63,969 bases of DNA, filler included, from Thelocarpon superellum (GCA_026025795.1; 14 parts of 14 records of this genome joined end to end with filler, not necessarily neighbours in it), one strand, 5' to 3'. Counted from the first letter of the whole stretch, positions 49,556-63,031 are shown. Notes: generated from the sequence alone by a model not told the origin. A program made the numbers and translations.

Positions 49556-51308
49556 TCATAACATCCCACGTGCTCCGTGACCACCTAAGCCCGGCATGCC
49601 CAATCTGCGCCGTAAGATCTCGTCCTCTTTCGCACTCCCCTCCCCTCTCATCTTGCACAGCCGTGCCTCAATCGTGACGCAGGCCTCCGCCCACGCGCAC
49701 GTCGTGCCCGCCAGCCCCTCGAAGAGGCTGTATGGGTGGTCGGGTGTGCGGTATTGGTTTTCACCGTCTAACTTGGACCTGTTATCCGACGACCAGGCAG
49801 CGAAAGGGGGCGTGTCGCGCGCGTGTAGTAAGAACGCCAGCGCGCGCGAGAGGTGGACGTCTCCTGGCTGCCCTGCCCCTTCTTCCCCCTCTCGTGACCA
49901 TGAAGTCAGGTTGAGGATAACAGGGTCCACCGCTTCAGGTGGGGGGCCGTAGGCAAAGGAATCATGCAGCATGAGCCACGGCCAGGCATTTCCCGCCATG
50001 CCGTGACACAAGCCGCCGCCTTTTGAAAGCAGGCCTTCCTCCCAGACGCGCTGGCTGCCGGCAGAGATGGCCTCGTCCCAGACCGGCGCCCAGCGGGGTC
50101 GCATGAGAGGATGGCTTCGGGCGGTGGCAAGGAGGAGGAGGAGGCCTGGAGTGCCGTGGCAGAGTTGCACAAGGGGCGATGCTCGCGACGAAGGCAGGAC
50201 GGGCGTCGAGGTCTCCAGGTGCCCATGCTGCGCGATGCTGAGTTCGCACAGACTGCTGATTGTCCGTCCGATGAGATGCAGGCGGTCCCCACCAGAGGGG
50301 CCGTTGAGTTCCTCTTCGTTGCAGGCCAGCAGGATGGTCAGGATTCCGCCTGCCTGAGGTCAGCGTGTTGATCTAATTATGGGGCTGACCTCACGTACTC
50401 ATCCCGTGCACGCTTTTGCGTGCGTTTTGCATGTCAGTCCTGTCCACTGGGTGTCATCCAAAACTGCCAAAGTCACTCACGCGCCCAGTCCACAGTGGTG
50501 ATCGATCCACGGCCACATCAAGGGCATGGATCCCGCGTTACCATATCTTTGGACATGTTTTGCAGCGCCCCGAGATCCGGCGTCCACAATGGCATCCACC
50601 AGCTTCGGCACGTCGGCCAGGATGGGCCGTAAGACTGTCTCGGTTTCGTTGTCGTAGCTGGAGTTGCGAAGATTGAGCAGCGCCCACAGGAGTCCAGCAC
50701 GTCCGTAGAGCATCTCATCACCACCCATAGCATGATCGTGCCTGGTCACGGTATCTTCCTGGTGGATGGCCACTTGAAGCGCTTCTCGCAATGATTCGAG
50801 ATCCGCGGGGTCAACACGACTCCGGTCGCCTTCCGATACCGAAGTGTCCGCTAAACGGGCAGCGAGGATGCGAAGAACCGTCGCACCCAGCGCAGCCGAC
50901 TGAAGAGGCGAAGGACGTCCGAGTTGCAGCGTCAGCTCCATAGCATGCGGATTCATGTATTTGCGCGCCTGGCCCCGCAGGTCCTGCCCCAGTGACTGCC
51001 TCTCGTCATCGAGTGAGTCAGACTGGTATTCCAGTCGTAAGAAAGTCAGGCCGACGCCTAGAATGACTGTTTAGCCCTTGGATGTCTTGACTGACCCGGA
51101 GTAAGACGCGTGTACCCAGACTGCCATTGAAAATGGTCCCAAATGCTTGTCGGTCCGCCTGATTCGGGGCGGGGTACTCTGCTTCGAGGAGCTGGAGACC
51201 ATGGCGAATGGCGGCCCGCAGCTCCTCCAGCGCCTTGACGAGTCCTGCCTTGTCTACAGCAACAGGCCGGAGCTTGTTCTGGAAATATTGTGGACGTCCG
51301 CTCAACAT
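49556..51308 (-). CDS. Lanthionine synthetase C-like protein (LanCL), multi-exon; alternative ATG at 51323
   Basis: DEMLYGRAGLLWAL, LGAVHGMSGILT, QLCHGTPG, GLCHGMAGNA, PDHPYSLFEGLAG, LGMPG. Confidence 0.9.
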
Positions 51309-51445
51309 CTTGTGTGCAAACATTCCACCAGGCTGCCCGGCTTGACCAGGATAAATAACGAGCCCCTATCACTCAGCATACCTGCGTTTTCGTTCTTTCG
51401 GAACAATTGGTAATATATAACTAATAGATGAGGTTTTCTCATGTC

Positions 51446-51529
51446 GGCCTTGTGGCCCAATGGTAAGGCGCTTGACTACGAAAAATGTGGGTTATCAAGA
51501 GATCGCAGGTTCGAGCCCTGCCAAGGTCA
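51446..51529 (+). tRNA. tRNA-Arg(ACG) with 12-nt intron (51482-51493)
   Basis: Acceptor stem GGCCTTG/CAAGGTC, D-arm TGGCCCAATGGTAAGGCG, anticodon stem CTTGA/TCAAG with ACG at 51478-51480, T-arm GCAGGTTCGAGCCCTGC, TTTTT terminator downstream. Confidence 0.95.
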
Positions 51530-52031
51530 ATTTTTGCACTTTTGGGTTATGGCGCTCACGCTCTTGCAATCATGACTCTCTCTGACCTTTCTTACTCATG
51601 TGGGGATTTTGTGGTTCCGCTTTTGTCTCTGGAATACATATTCCTCCTGTACCCTGGGCTTGTGGCGATTCCTTTCGCCCGGGTTCCATCCAGAAGAAAT
51701 CGCCAATTTGGCTCGTGGCATACGTAAGCGGTCGGAGGGCATTGACATGATCGTCCTCGGGGCCTTGACAGGCTTACGGAGCAGTCCTACGTGAAACACA
51801 CTTCCAGTGACTGCGGCTAGAGACTTTTTTGTTTGCTCGATTGTGGCTCTCATCTAAACGAAAGTGCCCGCACTCGATGTATCCTTCCGAAAAATGATGC
51901 CTCAGCATCAGCGTTTAGCTCTCGTCTTTCCNNNNNNNNNNNNNNNNNNNNNNNNNNNNNNNNNNNNNNNNNNNNTTAATTAATTAANNNNNNNNNNNNN
52001 NNNNNNNNNNNNNNNNNNNNNNNNNNNNNNN

Positions 52032-52830
52032 CGTCTCCGCTAGTGCGACAACTGAGCCGGCGATCACGCAACCACTCACTCGGGTCGACGCATCGAAGGA
52101 GAGCACCGCAGAAGGGGATCCGTGCTTGAGGACGAACGCTGTTCCGGACGGACCCACTCGGAATATCGCCTTGGATGCGCAGATCGCCTTGGATGCGCGG
52201 ACCACCGTCGATCATGAGCATCCAGATGCGACCGAGCAGCCGCTACGGGACCAGGAACATTTGCAGTTGACGCTGGAGGAGACCTTCTTCCTCGCCTATG
52301 GGCTGGGAGTGCTCGACGTGGTTGATCCTGAAAGTCACCAGATCTGCTCGTCTCAGGTGCTGCTATCTATCTTTCGGCAGCACTCTTTCTTCCCGCCGCG
52401 GCCCATATCGCGATTGGCGCCAGATGATCCATTCTTGATCTCCTACGTCGTCTATCACCACTTCCGCTCGCTCGGCTGGGTCGTGAGACCGGGCATCAAG
52501 TTTGCCGTGGATTATCTGCTCTATCACCGGGGTCCCGTCTTCGCCCATGCGGAATTTGCGGTCGTCATCATACCGTCGTACGATGACCCCTTCTACGCCG
52601 CGGCTGCATCATCTCCTGGGGCCGGGAGGATAGCTACGCGCGGGAGGGACTGGTGGTGGCTCCACTGCGTCAACCGGGTCCAGGCCCAGGTTCACAAAAC
52701 GGTACTGCTAGTCTACGTCGAAGTCCCACCACCGACAGAGCAAGATGGGGCTATTACTTGTCTCTTAAACCGCTACAAGATTCGGGAGCTCATCCTTAAG
52801 CGCTGGACTCCGAATCGAGGCCGGGATTGA
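52032..52830 (+). CDS. sen2: tRNA splicing endonuclease subunit Sen2 (5' truncated)
   Basis: QEHLQLTLEETFFL, YVVYHHFRSLGWVVRPGIKFAVDYLLYHRGPVFAHAEF, NRVQAQVHK, RWTPNRGRD*. Confidence 0.95.
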
Positions 52831-53002
52831 AGATGCTTATCTTTGTACATTGATGGCAATTGGCTGTTGGGCGATCATGTCTTCGTAATCATACAGCATC
52901 GCATTGGCGCCATGAGGACTTAGCGGCTTCGTGAGATCACGGGATCTCGTGACAACCGAGGAAGCGTTGGCGCCTGATAAGCGAACCGGATGGGTGACGA
53001 GT

Positions 53003-53013
53003 ACGCGACGCGA
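53003..53013. promoter_or_regulatory. Tandem MCB-like (ACGCGA) elements upstream of rad9
   Basis: ACGCGACGCGA ~180 bp 5' of the ATG of a DNA-damage checkpoint gene. Confidence 0.45.
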
Positions 53014-53192
53014 TGATGTGGGAAGTCGAAGTCACGGCGTGTAGTGAGTAGCTGTGTGACTTCTCGTACGCCCCATGGTGGAGGAATCATGTCAATGGGA
53101 CCATCTCGACCTGCTCAATCTCTACTGGCAATCCTCCCCCAATGAATCTGCCCACGATCATGTGCAAGTCATGACCGTGGCCCGCGACAGAG

Positions 53193-56100
53193 ATGGCATC
53201 GATGATGCAGTCGCAGGAGGACAGTCTCGACTCCATTACGCTCCGGCACCTCCAACGAGAAGTCCTGGACATGGACGTTAGCCCGGTGCGCGTACTCCTG
53301 GCTTGACCTGTGCCATCCTCTCCAAAGCGAATGCTGACTCGTCACTGTGTCAGAATCTGTCATTTCCGTCCTACCCAGACATAGGCCTTCACCCGATCGC
53401 TGCCGTCGCCGGGGGCGACCATTTTTTCAATTCCCAGCCACCAGACCAGGACCCAGCACCGGTTGAGAACAACATGAATACCTCGCTGTCGGCAGCTGAT
53501 CCCGGCTTGGCCCTGGTCGCTGGAGAGACTTCCCCTGGGACGGGCCCATCTCGTAGTCCCGCCCACGAAGGGCGCCCGTCGCAACCGAACAAGACCTTGT
53601 CCACGCCACGCTGGTCAGGCACAAGCAGGTCGGAGCACGACACACAGCCCATGCCCGGATCCGTGTTTGATGCATACGTGAAGAAGATCGTGCGCTCGCA
53701 GGAAGCCCGCGCTGCGGTGCGGGCCGGAGTACAGGCGCTCGCTCCCTTGAACGAAATGGCGGACGGGAGTGGCCCAGCAGACCTACCGGGTCAGATTGAG
53801 CTGTTCCAAGACTTCGAGCAAGATCGCTCCCATCTCAGTCGGATGGGTGCCGTCGTTCCCGATTCCGATTCCGTCCACGATCCCGAAACGCCTGCACTCA
53901 AACCGGGCAAGAAGCGAAACTACGAAGGAGAAGTCGTCGACCACTTTACGACGCCGTCCTTACCTCTCAATCCTTTTGCTGCCCGACAAGTCCAGCACAA
54001 CGGCATCATGGCGTTGAGCCAGGTGTTCAATGCCACACAGACTTCTCCGTTGGACCACAATGGCTTGACCTCGGATCCGCTCTCACAGCGCCCCTCGCCA
54101 GACATCTATGCCTTCCGCGCACCCGTCGTGGCTCCATCCTCATCGTCTCCGCTGCAATCCATCCACCAGGACGATCCATCCCTCGTAGACCACGCGACAA
54201 CGTTTGAAGCACACACTCCTAGCTCCATCATCAGGGCCGAAGCCCTCGAGACGCGTCAAAACACTCATTGGCGACAAGCGTCACCTTCCGTGCGAGGAGA
54301 CCGTGGCGAGTCCTCGACCGATGACGACTTGAATCCAGATGAGGAGATACGAATTCGTCGGAAACTGCGGCTGGAGAAGATTGAGCGTGACACCCGGCGA
54401 AGGCTCGAAATGGTGTCTGTGCCCAGGAGACCCCTGCCCGTCGCTGCACGCTCCAGATCCCGGTCACGACGAACGTCAGACGAGGCGCGGGGACCATTAA
54501 TCGTCTCCGGTGACCATCGCCAAGCCTTGCGAGCAGTCCTCCACTCAGACCCGGTCCACGTGGGAGGGAGAGAAGCCGTGCTAATGGAAGACTCCGAGGG
54601 CGAGACGTTCATTCAAGACTATGCGAGGCCGGGAAGTCAAGGAGAGGGTGACAATCTTTCCATGGACGAGGCGGACCTCGGCCAAGTCCAGGTGCCAATG
54701 ACGACGAGGCGCCAACCGGCACCTCGAAGCTTGCCCGGTACGCAGACCATCGCCGCGACCCAGGGAAGTCCGTCGATGACGAGAGACACCGGTACCCATC
54801 GTCGATCCGCAAGCCAAGGAGATATTCTTGCTACTCAAAGTGATGGTGCGGAGACTGGCACCACTCACATCATTGGAAGTGACCCTACCTGCGTCGTGAG
54901 AGGAACCCAAACCTCGGCCGTGGACAACTCCCAGCCCCCGCGGTCCATTACGCACCGCCGATCCAACGACATGCCCGGATCTGGTCCGCCGCAACTACCC
55001 GACCTGCCCTCCTCTATGGATGCCTCGAATGCTGCCGCGTGCGAGGTCGTCCAGTCGAATCACCTCTCAGATCCAGCGTCCCTTGCAGAACCAGAAGAAC
55101 AGAATGGCAACAGCTCGTCAATTCCCCAACCTCCCATCACCTCTGACGATGCGGCCAGCCCTTTGCCACCATTAAGACACATGGAAAAGCCTCGCCAGGT
55201 GGCAAAGCCGGAGACGATGGAAGATCATGAGCCGATTCAGCAACCTTCAGTTGGTGCGAGTGGACCCATAACACAAAAAGGACCATTTTCAAAGGTCCTT
55301 TTCAATGGTCATCAGACCCAACTCTCCAGCACGACCACTTTCAACACGGCTCATACCCACTTCGACTATTCACCCGTCAAGCCACATTCGCCGGAAAGTT
55401 CTGCTGCTGCTCCCGCAGTCCTGCCAATCCACCAGCTGGGTCCTACTCGTATTCGAACACTCACGGAGATCGCTGCGGATCCTTCGCCGCCAAGCGCCTT
55501 GGAAGACGTGGACCTCGATATCCAGCTTCTCGATCATGAGGACGTGGAATTTCAACGAGCCATGGATGGATCGTCTCCCATGAGTCCGGCCAAGAAACGC
55601 CGCAAAGCGCGCGAAGATCGGGTGCTTCGGGAAACCAAGCAACGCTCCAACCAGTACCTTGCTCCGCCTCAATCAGCGCGTGGACATTACAATCAGCCGT
55701 TGCCGGTATCGCCACGTCCTGATGATACTCCCTCTGAATGGCATCCCAAGCCCGAAGGTCATCTTGCACGGACGATAAAAAAAGCCGATGGGACAGCCTT
55801 TACGTCTCGGAAGACGTACACCTCCAAGATCAAGCTTAAGAGTCGAAGCAAGGCGAAGGGTGTGGAGAAGGGTGGTGATTCAACGTTAAAGCTCCCTCCA
55901 CCGGCTGACCCGACCGACGGCCTTGGCTCCGTGCCTGATGGACCACAGGTTGTGGGACCTGGCAAACAGGGGATTGATGCCTCCCATATATGTGACCCAC
56001 GAGTAGGAGCGGTCGAGGCAGGCGAGGACGAGTTGTCTGTTAGCAACCTTATTTCGCCCAATCGAGTGCTGGCCTGGTTTCGAGGAGGAACCTCGTCTTA

Positions 56101-56547
56101 CTACCCGGCGACTTGTCTGTCTGTCCAAGGGCCTGATCAGACTCGATTCAAGGTTCGCTTTGATGACGGAACCATTGACATAATTGATTCACACCATATC
56201 CGCAGTCTTGATCTTCGATCAGGCGATGTGGTCAAGGTGGATCTTCCACAGAAGCGGACGAAAAATTGGGTGGTGACTGGCTTTGACACGACTCCAGCCT
56301 CGGACACGAGTGATGCTCAATCCAACACGGCGATCGACCAGAATGGTCAAATTGCATTTCCTCTCACGGACATTCGAGGTCACTTCACGGCTTTGTTGAC
56401 TCCTAAGCAGAGGGACAGTCTTGGGCCCGATGGTGTCACGAGCGGAGACGTGGTTCCGATTCCCATCACCAGCATCTACATCGTGCAGAGCAACTGGATC
56501 AACTTTAAAGATCGCCTCTACACGCATCGATCTGACGGCCCCCGCGC
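53193..56547 (+). CDS. rad9: DNA damage checkpoint mediator Rad9/Crb2 (SQ/TQ-rich region + tandem Tudor; BRCT beyond contig end); intron 53277-53353
   Basis: Exon 1 MASMMQSQEDSLDS; MALSQVFNATQ..RPSPD; Tudor region PNRVLAWFRGG..YYPATCL..FKVRFDDGT..LDLRSGDVVKVD..TDIRGH. Confidence 0.85.
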
Positions 56548-58035
56548 NNNNNNNNNNNNNNNNNNNNNNNNNNNNNNNNNNNNNNNNNNNNTTAATTAAT
56601 TAANNNNNNNNNNNNNNNNNNNNNNNNNNNNNNNNNNNNNNNNNNNNGCCATCCGCCTCTCCGCCCCCACATCCCATCCACTGGCGCGGGACCAAGTACT
56701 CGAGGCCCATGGATCGGAATCCGGGCGGAGATGCCAAGGCCGACCAAGTCAGGGTTTGGCTTGGGGGCTGTCGGCCGTGGCAAGGTAGAATGACGCTCTG
56801 GGAGGCAATGCCGGGGAGACGATGAGCCGGTCCACGTTCCCGCAGGAATCGTGAGGGTTCATGATTGCATGGCTTGCTAGGAATGTCAGAAACGAGCAAC
56901 AAAGACTCCAGTCGAACCAGGCTGGCACGTTTCGTTGGTGATGCCAGTCCCTCGGCTGAACCAAGTCTACGTCCGATGCTCTCACGTAGCAGGACATATT
57001 CAGTTGGGGCTCCATCTCGGGTGGCTGCGACTCCTCCGACGGCTCGTGGGACGACCATTTGACCCTGGGGTATGTAATAGCGCATCCACTCAGGCGTGCC
57101 TCTGTGGGGTCCTCTCTAGCTTTCAACATCTGACCCCTATCCCAACGAACATCTTTTTGGGTGAGGACTAAAGTGCCCAGTCTGGAGGATAGTGTTCCCA
57201 AAATCGACGTCCCATCTTGAATGCTGGCAAGTTCGGTGAACTTGTACACCTGAACTCTGGGCTGCCCTTGATGCCATGGGCGGTCGCAGGCTTGGGGTCC
57301 CTGTATGTGGGGAAGACGAGTAGGGCCCGGGCGTTCTCCTGGTCGTGCCCGCCGTCTGAGTCGGCCAGCCGAGCGTGAACTCGCCTACGAGCACTCTAAC
57401 CACCTGAATTGTTTCATGTGGCGGAGAGGCCGGCGACATCATACAGAATGGACCCTCGCTCCAAGACCCACGGAATCGTGGCTGGGCGTCCACTCGATTG
57501 TAAATGTTTCATCCCGATCACGCCGCCGAGGTGGTTGGATGAGTGTGCTGTACGAGGATGAGCGGACGGTGCATAGCATGAAGACGCAGGGACGAGAGGG
57601 CGCGGCCGCTTAAGTCCCGCTGTTGGCCCATGGATCCCTCCGCTTTGGCGTAACCACTCCCAATCTCAGCAGCAACAAGCGACCAACCACAACAGCGGCC
57701 TCTTAGTCACCCGTGTTTGGCATAAGACTCCAATCTCGAGTCTCATCCGCATCCTGTACGCGGAGAGTGACCGCCGCGCCGCGCGGAGTTCACCGAGCCA
57801 GGCCTCTCGTTCCCGACGAGCGTAGGCGTGTTCTTGTTGGGCGGCGATCTAGTCGGCCATCTCACGGTCGGCACTGTCGCGCACGACGTCAGTCGACGGT
57901 CGCTCGACGAGCACCCGAGCGTCAACACTGAGACATCGACGCTGAAACGGCGAGCTACTGAAACGTGCGCGGCCACTCGAGGGAGACAGCGCACACAGTG
58001 AAGGCTCATTGCCCGACGCGAATGGAAGGTTCGAC

Positions 58036-61000
58036 ATGGCCTCGACCTATGTGCTACCGATCATGAGCGGGGGCAGCGTCAATCACGGCCACGGACATGT
58101 TCACTCGTTGAATGCGCCCGTCACGCTTGATCGGCTCTCCTCTCCCTATCGCCTGCCGACTCGATCACCCTCACGTCACAGTCGGGCCACGGCGAGCCCA
58201 CACCCACCTCCGCCTCCACACTCCCACGCGTCGTCGCCGTCTCTCCCATCGCTGCATCCGGGGCAGCCGGAGGGCGCAAGGGAGACGATGCGGCACACCC
58301 CCAGCGCGGTGGCTTACCCGCACAGTAATGGCTATGGCTTTCCGCCCATGGGAGGTCGGACCCGGTCCGGGACCATCCCGACCATATCCTCTCGCCGCTC
58401 GTCTACGTTGGTGCCCCCACCCTGTGGATCGCTGGGTCAGCGATGGAGCACTAATCTGTCCGATAGATCGTGGATCTCCCCAGCAGAAGCACTCACCGCG
58501 CTTTCCCTCCCCCTTCCCTTCCTCCTCGCCTCGATGGCGTATCAATCCTCGTTCCCCACCACGCCCCAGGCCGTACCGGCCGAGCCTGCCTTTGCACACC
58601 TCGACAAGAACGTTCATCGACCGTCTCATTCACCTTCCACCATCCCGTCTCCAGCCTTGTCAAAGCTCATCGAAGCATGTGCCATCACGTCGGGCACGCT
58701 GTTACTTGTCGGGCTGATGGGCCGAATACGTGCGACGCAAGGGTTGCTGGATCGACGAAAGGAGAGCTTAGGCATGTCTGGCGACACGGACAAGAAGTCG
58801 ATCGCCCTCACCAGCGGACTCGGCGTGCAAAAAATCCTGGTCCGCGTTCTTGGCGTAGGACTCCCGCTGTACGCCGCGATCAAGTTGGGAGGTGGCCCGG
58901 TCGCCGCCGTCTTACTGGTGGTATCAGCGGCGGGGACGACGGCCGATGTTCTGCGCACTGACCTGACACGGCTCGACGGATGGAAGCGTCTGGTGCTGTT
59001 GCGAAAGTGGACCATGGGCGCCATCATCGTGGGTCTCATCGCACAAGTGGCATGGCGAGAGGCGGGGACGAGCCTGATGGCTTCGGCGGTGGGATGTCTT
59101 GCTTTGTTGGCCTCGGTCTTCATCCTGCCACTGCCCTTACCCGCCGCGACGGCGAAGCTGTCGACCATCACGACATCGAACCCAGCCTCGTCCAGCGCCA
59201 CTTCGGCGGTGCCTTCGACGCCGTGGGACGAGCCGTCGCCGGTGGTCGACGCCCTACCATCCGAGGTGCTCGCGTCGCCCCTGACCCTCGGCCCACAGGA
59301 TGTCCATGTTACCCTACTGGCCGGCGGCCTACTGTTTCTGATCTCTGCCATGGCTTCGCTTCTCTTCGCCGGCGGCCGGTTTTACTCATTCCTGCACCTG
59401 GTCCTCCTTGCAGCGAGCATTACCACGGCGGCCGGCTCGCTCATGTTTGCGCAACCGTCCTCGCTCCGGACCGCTCCAAAGGCGGGCCTCGCGGGTGGTT
59501 TGTCGGCATCGGCCCTCTTCAGCGCACTCTTTACCTCGACCGCGTGGACCTCATGCTTGCTGCAAAGCATATTCTTTGCCGCCTTCTACCTGGCGGTTCA
59601 AGTCGATACCGGCTCTCCCGCGATCCAGGGCCTCCTACAACAGGGGCGTCAGCTGCTCAACCCGGGCGCCTCCGACTCACCTGCGAAGCATTCTCAATTC
59701 ACTGGGCTCTTGTTGGACTCTACGCGAGACTGGCCTTTGGCATACAGCATCCTGTCGGAGAAGGATTCACGGCGGATCTTCTATTTCATGACGTGAGTCT
59801 ATTCACCACTGACGAGACGGAAACCGCGCTGACCCTCCACTAGCCTCAACTTCGCCTTTATGCTGGTGCAGACCTTCTACGGCGTTGCGACGGGATCGTT
59901 GGGTCTGCTGAGTGATAGCATCCACATGCTCTTCGACTGTCTCGCGCTGCTGGTCGGGCTCTGCGCCGCGGTGATGAGCAAATGGCCGCCGAGTGTACGC
60001 TTCCCATACGGCCTGGGCAAGATGGACACGCTGGCGGGCTTTGCTAATGGGATCTTCCTCATGTGCGTGGTCTCTTTTAAGGACCAACGTCGTTATGATT
60101 GGCCTTGCTAAGACAGTCTCTAGGCTCATCAGCATCGAGATCATCACCGAAGCCATCGAGCGACTCTACGGAGGCAGCGAGATGAAACGGATCGGGGAGT
60201 TGTTGACCGTCAGTACGCTTGGGCTGGGGGTCAACCTCGTCGGCATGCTTGCCTTTGATCATGCCCACCACGGACACGGACACGGACACGGCCATGGACA
60301 TAGTCACGGCCACGGCCACGCACATGGAGGGCATGAGCATGGCCACGCCCACGCGGAACACCATCATGATCACGACCACTCCCATTCTCATCATGGTCAT
60401 GATCATGATCATAGCAAGCCTCATCATCAGCCAGCTCTCGATGGTTCTCCCAAAAAGCCGTCCCACGTTCACGTCGACAAGCCTCCTCACTCACATGCTC
60501 ACCCACCTTCTCACGCGCACTCGCACTCGCATTCGCATTCGCACAGCAATGAGAACATGCATGGCATCTTTCTCCACATTCTGGCCGACACTCTTGGCTC
60601 CGCGGCGGTGGTGGTGTCGACGTTGTTGGTGCACTTCTTCCACTGGCCTGGCTTCGACCCTCTGGCGTCGTGTCTGATTGCGATTCTCATCTTCGCCTCG
60701 GCCATCCCTCTGGTCAAATCGTCCGCCAAGACACTCTTGCTCACGGTGCCGGACGACATCGAATACCAGCTGCGCGATACGCTGGCGGGAGTCAGCGGCT
60801 TGCGCGGCGTGAGCGGATACTGCGTACCACGCTTCTGGATCGAGGGGGCGGAGGAAGGTGGGGTGATGGGGACGATGCACGTGATCGCGGAGAAGGGAGC
60901 GGACATGGAAGAAGTGCGAGAGCGAGTAGTGAGCTTCTTGGCGGGACGGAAGGCCGATGTGGTGGTGCAAGTGGAGCGGGAGGGCGATGGTCGATGTTGG

Positions 61001-61036
61001 TGTGGCGGTGGTATCTTAGGCAAGACCACGGGATAG
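58036..61036 (+). CDS. msc2: CDF zinc transporter Msc2/Cis4 type with long His-rich loop, 3 exons
   Basis: MASTYVLP, EKDSRRIFYFM, GSLGLLSDSIHMLFDC, FPYGLGKMDTLAGFANG, NENMHGIFLHILADTLGS, RCWCGG. Confidence 0.92.
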
Positions 61037-61457
61037 CGGGAGCTGAAGGAGGTCACTGCATGCCATCATTTGGATGCGTTNNNNNNNNNNNNNNNNNNNN
61101 NNNNNNNNNNNNNNNNNNNNNNNNTTAATTAATTAANNNNNNNNNNNNNNNNNNNNNNNNNNNNNNNNNNNNNNNNNNNNGGGGGAATAGCCTTTCTGGC
61201 CCTCCGATTCCTCAAAATGGACAGTGCTCGCATTGACCTCCGTCTGGACGCCGGAGATTTGACTTCATTCCTTCGCTCATCTCGCTCCGCCATAACACTG
61301 GACCGTTGCGCACCTTCTCCTGACGGAGACTGTTTCCACCTCTATTCACCCTGACGTTGTCCTTGCTACGGCCACTGCTGGTGATCGCTCGTTGCTCCTC
61401 ACTCTCGCTGCCTTGGTGGCATCACGACGCCGTCGTGCCGTCACCATCGCCACCGAC

Positions 61458-63031
61458 ATGTTGTTGCCCAAGTTGGCGTCCGTCGCGCTCGCGGCGGCGC
61501 ACGTCGCCTCGTGCGTACCTACGTAGGTGGTCCGCATGGATGGACGGATGAGCGGATGCTGACGGGAGAGCAGTGGAGACGCCGAGAATGTGGCGATGAC
61601 GAAACGCGATACCCAGCTATCATTCGACCCAAACTCCAAGGTTCGCGGCATCAATATCGGCGGATGGCTGGTACTAGAACCGTACGTCTCACGCCTGCGA
61701 AGAATATGTCGACCTTCCGGCTGACCAGAGCATGTAGATATATCACGCCCAGCATCTTTGCCGCGCTCGACCAAAGCCTAGGCATCGTCGACGAGTACAC
61801 CCTCGGCAAGCAGCTGGGCGATGGCTCCAGCATCAACTCCAAAGCGGGACAAATCTTGCAACAACACTGGTCGACGTGGATCACGGAGGAGGACTTTGTC
61901 AACATTGCCCAGGCTGGATTCAACACCGTTAGACTGCCCGTGGGATATTGGGCCTTTGTCCGCGAGGACAATGACCCCTACATCCAAGGCGCGGGAGACT
62001 ACTGGCTCGCGGCTCTCGGCTGGGCCAAGGCGAATAACCTCCAGGTGTGGGTGGATCTGCACGGCGCACCCGGGTCGCAGAATGGCTTCGACAATTCCGG
62101 GCAACGCACGAACACGATCCAGTTCCAGCACTTCAACAACACCGACAACACGCTGAACGTCATCGACACCATGGTCGACAGCATCATGAGCCACGGTTTC
62201 GGCGACGTGGTGGTGGCCTTTGAGATCTTGAACGAGCCGTTTAGCCCGTGGCTCGACATGAACCAGCTGAACGATTTCTACCACCAAGCCTACGGGAAGG
62301 TGCGAAAGTATGATGCGAACATGCTGGTCGTCATACACGATGCCTTCCAGAACGTGTCTTATTGGAACGGAAAGTTGTCGGCTTCTGACAATGGTGCTGA
62401 ACGAGGTGAGTGGGGTGAACCGGGGAGGGGGAAGGGGAAGGGGAAGGGGAAGGTGAACGGGAGAGGAACTGACGGACACAGTCTTGGTCGACCATCACGA
62501 ATATCAAGTCTTCGACCCGACCCTGGTGAACCTGACACATGTGGTAGGTGGCATGGATGCCCCGCCATGGACCATGCTAACCCGAAGCAGCTTCATCAAG
62601 AAGCCGTGTGCCAACGGACCTGGGGCTACACGGGATCAGACAAGTGGGTTGTGGTGGGCGAATGGTCGGCGGCGCAAACGGACTGCGCACCACACTTGAA
62701 CGGGTGGGGCACGGGGTCGCGATACAACGGGACTTACAAGGACCCGACGTCGGGCCAGGTGACCAACGGGTACACGGGGTCATGCCTCCCCACCTACGAC
62801 ATCAGCACGTGGGACTCGTCCTTGAAGGACGACACGCGGCGCTACATCGAGGCCCAGATTCAGATCTACGAGCGAACCACCAACGGCTGGATCTTCTGGG
62901 CATGGAAGACGGAGTCCGCACCAGAATGGGACGCGCAGAAGCTAATCCAATACGGCGTCTTCCCGCAAAACACCAACGATTCCGCCGACGAGGGCCCCTT
63001 TGGCACCACACAATACGGCATGATCTGTTGA
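61458..63031 (+). CDS. exg1: GH5 exo-beta-1,3-glucanase (Exg1-like), secreted, multi-exon
   Basis: Signal peptide; VRGINIGGWLVLEP, VDEYTL, QHWSTWITEED, RLPVGYW, DLHGAPGSQNGFDNSG, LNEP (acid/base), DHHEYQVF, VGEWS (nucleophile), GWIFWAWKTE. Confidence 0.95.

Noticed and set aside
49556..51931. Lanthipeptide/RiPP cluster around the LanC-like gene
   Set aside because: No precursor, dehydratase or transporter; neighbours are pob3 and a tRNA
51446..52830. Intron-containing tRNA next to the tRNA splicing endonuclease sen2
   Set aside because: They are separated by an artificial linker and lie on different contigs
56648..57493. Overlapping minus-strand ORFs upstream of msc2
   Set aside because: No consistent start or splice model and no motif
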